A stretch of DNA of 64,000 nt from Oikopleura dioica (Eukaryota > Animalia > Chordata). Made by a program: the position numbers and the translations under genes. The stretch covers positions 10,168,001 through 10,232,000 of the forward strand of contig OU015568.1 in NCBI GenBank assembly GCA_907165135.1, read 5' to 3'. The notes beneath the pieces were generated by a model. It saw nothing but the letters and a program-made list of their open reading frames with translations, made no database searches and was not told where the DNA came from. Each line of letters starts with the position of its first letter. Position 1 is the stretch's first letter. This document shows, piece after piece, positions 60,201 through 64,000 of the stretch.

Positions 60201-62350
60201 ATGGCTTCTCAGAAGGTAGTGAATGCAATGAGAAATAGTTCATTTGGAGGAGACCGAGTGGCAGTCTTGTTGAAAGATGGCCGGATTTGTATCAAAGATC
60301 GTCAATCGAAGGGAAACACGGAAATACTGCCTGCCTGTGGCGCTACTTCTCTCGCATTGAATGGTTTGGTTGAAAAATAAGTCGATTATTATTAGTATCT
60401 CTTTGTAGATAATGGAGAGGTACTGGCAATTGGAACAGAATCTGGGGCGATTATTGTGCAACAAATGAACACTGGCAAGCAACAGATCTTGTCAAACTTG
60501 GATTCTAGCGTCACTGCAGTCGCTTTTATTGCAAATGTTCTTTACTCGGTAAGATCTACTGCTTATTTTCTTCTACTAAGTTCGCTTTTAGGCACAAGAA
60601 GGGGTAATCTACAAATGGAATGAGTTCAAAGATGCGGATTCAATCTTCAAAGCCGAGAATAAAAAGTCAGAAGTGACACAAATCTTCTCCTTCGCCGATG
60701 GTGTTGCCACCGCGAGTCGCAGACTAAAGGTCTTCAACAAACTCAACGAAGTAGAATGCGAATGGCCCGGCCATCCAAATTTGGTAGAAAGCGTTGCTGC
60801 CAATAATACGTACATTGCATCATATGGAAAGGACGAGAAATCAGTGGCTATTTGGACAGCTGGAAAGGATCAGGCAGAATGCCGACTACAGCTCACTCGA
60901 CAGTAAGTTAGAAATTTTAACTAAGAATCAAAACAATTGAATTCAAATTGAAAATTATTTACAAATCGACGCTTTCATATTTTTCATTTTCAGCGCTCGA
61001 TCAGTTTCCCTCAAAGACAAATCCGTTCTAGTCGTGAACGAATCGAGTGGATCAGGCCATCAGCTTGAAATCTTCACAATCGCTAAGAAGGGCAAGCCTA
61101 TCAAGGCCAAGAAGAGCTTGAATATCTCCGATGAATCGGGTGAATCGATAGAGATCTTCGCCGCGCGATTTGGGAATGAAAAAGTCGACGTTGTTTACGG
61201 AGTCGATAGTAATCTCGTCTGGGAAGCGATCGGGATTGAGGGGCACGAGAATCTTGAAAGAACAGTCTGCCTGACAAGCAAAAACAGAAAAGGCAGTAAA
61301 TCGGCGAAAAACGATGTATTGGAAGAAGTTAAACCAAGTAAACGAGCCACTGCAGAAAACACGACCAGAAGAAAGAGAGGCGAATCCATCAATGAAACTG
61401 ATATGTCAATGGCTGAAAGATTGGGTAAGGAAATGTTGACTTCGAGGTTGCTTCTATTTAACCTCGTGTTTGGGGCCTTTCCCTTTGGGATCGATGGCCT
61501 AGTGGTACATCGGTCAAGATCCACCGGGATTGGAGGCGCGAGTTCGATTCCCAGATCATTCATAGGATTTTCAGGAATCTCAAAGAAGGAAGATTTGTCG
61601 GCGCCCAAGGCAGGCTCTGTCACGATGGTCCTCCAGCAAGCGCTGCACGCCAGGGATGATCAGCAACTTACCCAGCTCTTCCGATACAAAGATCCGAAAT
61701 TAATCAGAGTGAGTCATCATGAATGAGTAATCAGAGCATGTAGGCGTTAGAGAGCAGAACGTTTCGATTGGTAGTTTTCAAATCATCGCAGGATCACTCA
61801 ATTCTCGCTCAGAATCGAGCGTTTTTTCACTTTTTCAAGAGATAGGATTAGAGATGGTCTTTTTAGGAAACAGTAAGAGGTGTTCCCGCACAGATGGCAC
61901 CAGTATTGGTTGAAGAAGTCTCCAGACGGCTACAGACAGATCCTGACAAAGCTTTAGCTAGTGCCCGGTGGCTCCGCGCTTCGCTAGAATATCACTCTGG
62001 TCCATTGGCCGCCATTTCGAAGGATGTCTTAGAGAGGTGACTTTCTTAATTGTTATGCCTTGAGTTAAATATCGGGTAGCACGCGAATTCCTCTCCAGAT
62101 CCGATCGGAGACCTTCTGCCAGCTGACCAAACTCCAAGGAAAGCTCGAGCTCGCCATTGCCAACGCCAACGTATCCGACGACGAAGAAGAGCTCGACGGG
62201 CCCTTGCTCACCGAAAACGACCTGACAGACTTCGACGACGCGAGCCACTCCGAGTCCGACTGGGAGCCTGAATTCAAACCAGATGGCGGTGCTTCGGAGA
62301 GTGGTGCCGAAAGCGAAATCGAAAGTAAAAGACGAAAGATGGAAGTGTAA
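60201..62350 (+). CDS. WDR43: WD-repeat protein 43 / UTP5 (SSU processome)
   Basis: N-terminal WD repeats (LAIGTESGAI, WPGH); UTP12-like domain GSVTMVLQQALHARD..WLRASL..LTKLQGKL; acidic and NLS-like tail. Confidence 0.85.
61488..61561 (+). pseudogene. Degenerate tRNA(Gly)-like sequence in a WDR43 intron
   Basis: A-box TGGCCTAGTGGTA and B-box-like GGAGGCGCGAGTTCGATTCCC resemble tRNA-Gly, but the D, T and acceptor stems do not pair properly. Confidence 0.45.
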
Positions 62351-62485
62351 AAAGAAGATTTGATCGAAATTGTGAAGCTAGCCTTAATTATTATTCTCGC
62401 TGAACTGAACGACTGTAACTGACTATCTGCAATCTGAACAGCTGAGAGTATCTTGAAACCAGTGATTTATCGGACCATTTTAGGC

Positions 62486-62939
62486 ATGGACAGAAATAAC
62501 GATGAAAACGACAGCCAAGACGAGGAACTGTGGGATGAGCCCCACGCTGATATTGTCATGGACGCGATCGTAAAACGACAAGTCATTTTTAAAATAACGT
62601 GCATGGTAATCACGATTCATATTGAACGACCTCTATAATTTATCATTCTAGGAACGACCCTTCTTTAGCATGATGGTCACCTACTGCCATACGTTCAACA
62701 TCAGCCTAGATACAGTCGTTTTTATTTATCTAAAAGATGAAAACTGGATTCCAATCATGGTAAAACCAATTATTATCCGCACATTTTTGATAGCAAACTT
62801 TTAGAGAGACGATTCGCCCTCTAATTTCGGAATGGTCGTGAATAGAAGCTATCAAGTCATCGTTGGAACAATTCTGAGCATTCCCGACCCCTGGCCAGAA
62901 ATTGAAGAAGTCAAAAGCAACTACACTGCCGGTTGCTGA
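62486..62939 (+). CDS. Divergent SUMO-like protein without a C-terminal di-glycine (112 aa)
   Basis: Exons 62486-62581, 62652-62759, 62805-62939: ..VKRQ|ERPFFSMMVTYCHTFNISLDTVVFIYLKDENWIPIM|RDDSPSNFGM..; both introns are phase 0 at the same positions as in the neighbouring SUMO gene. Confidence 0.7.
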
Positions 62940-63100
62940 AACCTTGAGAGAAAACCAAAAGCCCCTCATTTATCAAACTGCCTTCATTTATCACAGTTAC
63001 AATTTCAATCGACTGACAGTTGATTATTATTTTTGAAACAACAGTTATTTATTTAACTCTTTTAACTTATCTTTTCTGAATTTAGAAACGTTTTGTTGCC

Positions 63101-63448
63101 ATGGCGGACGAGGAACAGAAGGTCGAACACATCAACTTGAAAGTCGCTGGTCAGGATGGCTCTGTCGTCCAATTCAAAATCAAAAAGGTGACTACCGAAA
63201 TGAGGGTTATTTTAATGTTTTTCCAGCACACTCCTCTGCGAAAATTGATGCAGGCATACTGCGATCGCCAGGGTCTCCAGCTCAACCTTGTCAGATTCCG
63301 TTTTGACGGGAACCCGGTCAAGGTAAGCGCTTTCTCCTTGTTTACAAACCTAAGACACTTTTTCTAGGAGACGGATACGCCCGAAAACCTCGAAATGGAA
63401 GATGAGGACACAATCGACGTGTTCCAAAGTCAAACTGGTGGCTTCTGA
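63101..63448 (+). CDS. SUMO: SUMO (SUMO2/3-like)
   Basis: [20 protein letters not shown]|[21 protein letters not shown]|[26 protein letters not shown]; introns 63188-63226 and 63323-63367. Confidence 0.97.
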
Positions 63449-63796
63449 GTCAGCAATCCAATCGATGAATACTGCCCATCCTTATATAAAGAATCTAGCA
63501 CTCCCCTTACCATTTACCCTTTATCGTCCCTGCATGGCCCGGCGCTCTACCCAGCTGCCGGGCCTGTCTTCTTACACTTTTAGAATAAATTTTCATTCAA
63601 TAAAAACTGATCTTGTCCAGTCGCTACAAGTAATTAGAACCTCTTTTAATTGAGCAATAGAAATACATCCCCAAAACATAGCATGTTAATAATCTACCTG
63701 TCAAAATTTTCTCCTGTCCAAAATTCACCCTCTGATTGAAAAATAAAACATCAAAAAATCTCAAGCTTGATTTCAAACTTATTTCTTTTGTCAAGA

Positions 63797-64000
63797 ATGA
63801 AGTACATTCTGGTCCATGGCGGGGTCATATCTGGCGTAGGAAAGGGAATCATTTCTTCTTCCATCGGCACATTGATGAAGTCAATCGGTCTGCGAGTAAC
63901 GGCCATAAAGATCGACCCTTATATTAACATTGATGCCGGTACTTTCAACCCTTATGAGCATGGAGAGGTAGATCCACCATCTTGTTCCTTGTTTTGACCT
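63797..64000 (+). CDS. CTPS: CTP synthase, first exon; runs off the right edge
   Basis: [46 protein letters not shown]. Confidence 0.96.

Larger units (their letters stand above)
58424..64000 (+). other. Probable operon: L2HGDH - WDR43 - SUMO-like - SUMO - CTPS
   Basis: Same-strand housekeeping genes separated by about 270, 135, 161 and 348 nt, with acceptor-like motifs just before most ATGs. Confidence 0.5.

Noticed and set aside
61709-61866. 158-nt WDR43 intron with a TGAGTAATC/GATCACTCA stem and a CGCTC-GAGCG hairpin plus T6 (snoRNA or Pol III RNA?)
   Set aside because: No canonical C (RTGATGA) or D (CTGA) box pair and no recognisable family; insufficient support without an Rfam search.

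Overview
Very gene-dense eukaryotic (animal) DNA with about 30 protein genes in 64 kb. Most introns are 35-50 nt, some appear to use GC-AG or GA-AG ends, and same-strand genes sit 80-500 bp apart with splice-acceptor-like TTTCAG/TTTTAG motifs just before the ATG. This combination is characteristic of the larvacean tunicate Oikopleura, which has SL-trans-spliced operons; the species is inferred, not proven. Recognisable genes in order: KIDINS220 (3'-truncated), DOCK6/7/8-type GEF, two tandem FABP/iLBP genes, SLC38 transporter, Pim kinase, SLC9 Na+/H+ exchanger, a GT31 glycosyltransferase, two divergent CK1-like kinases, SSU72, SRSF3-like, a MYLK-like Ig protein, EDEM3, TMEM67, LEO1, UFSP1, a SET/TSPY-like NAP protein, NELF-E, L2HGDH, WDR43/UTP5, a SUMO-like gene, SUMO and CTP synthase (3'-truncated). 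There are also four tRNA genes (Leu-CAA with intron, Glu-CTC, Ile-AAT, Phe-GAA), a tRNA-like relic and two non-autonomous TIR elements. The best novelty candidates appear only after manual splicing: (1) a secreted mucin-like protein ending in an expansin/loosenin-like DPBB domain, head-to-head with the Na+/H+ exchanger; (2) a GT31 enzyme fused to a hevein-like domain; (3) an RRM-less NELF-E starting 36 nt after a tRNA dimer; (4) a di-glycine-less SUMO paralog sharing intron positions with the adjacent SUMO; (5) a kinase-less MYLK-like protein with DFRxxL motifs. Several single-base frame conflicts suggest homopolymer errors in the assembly. All homology calls are from memory of the families; no search was run.
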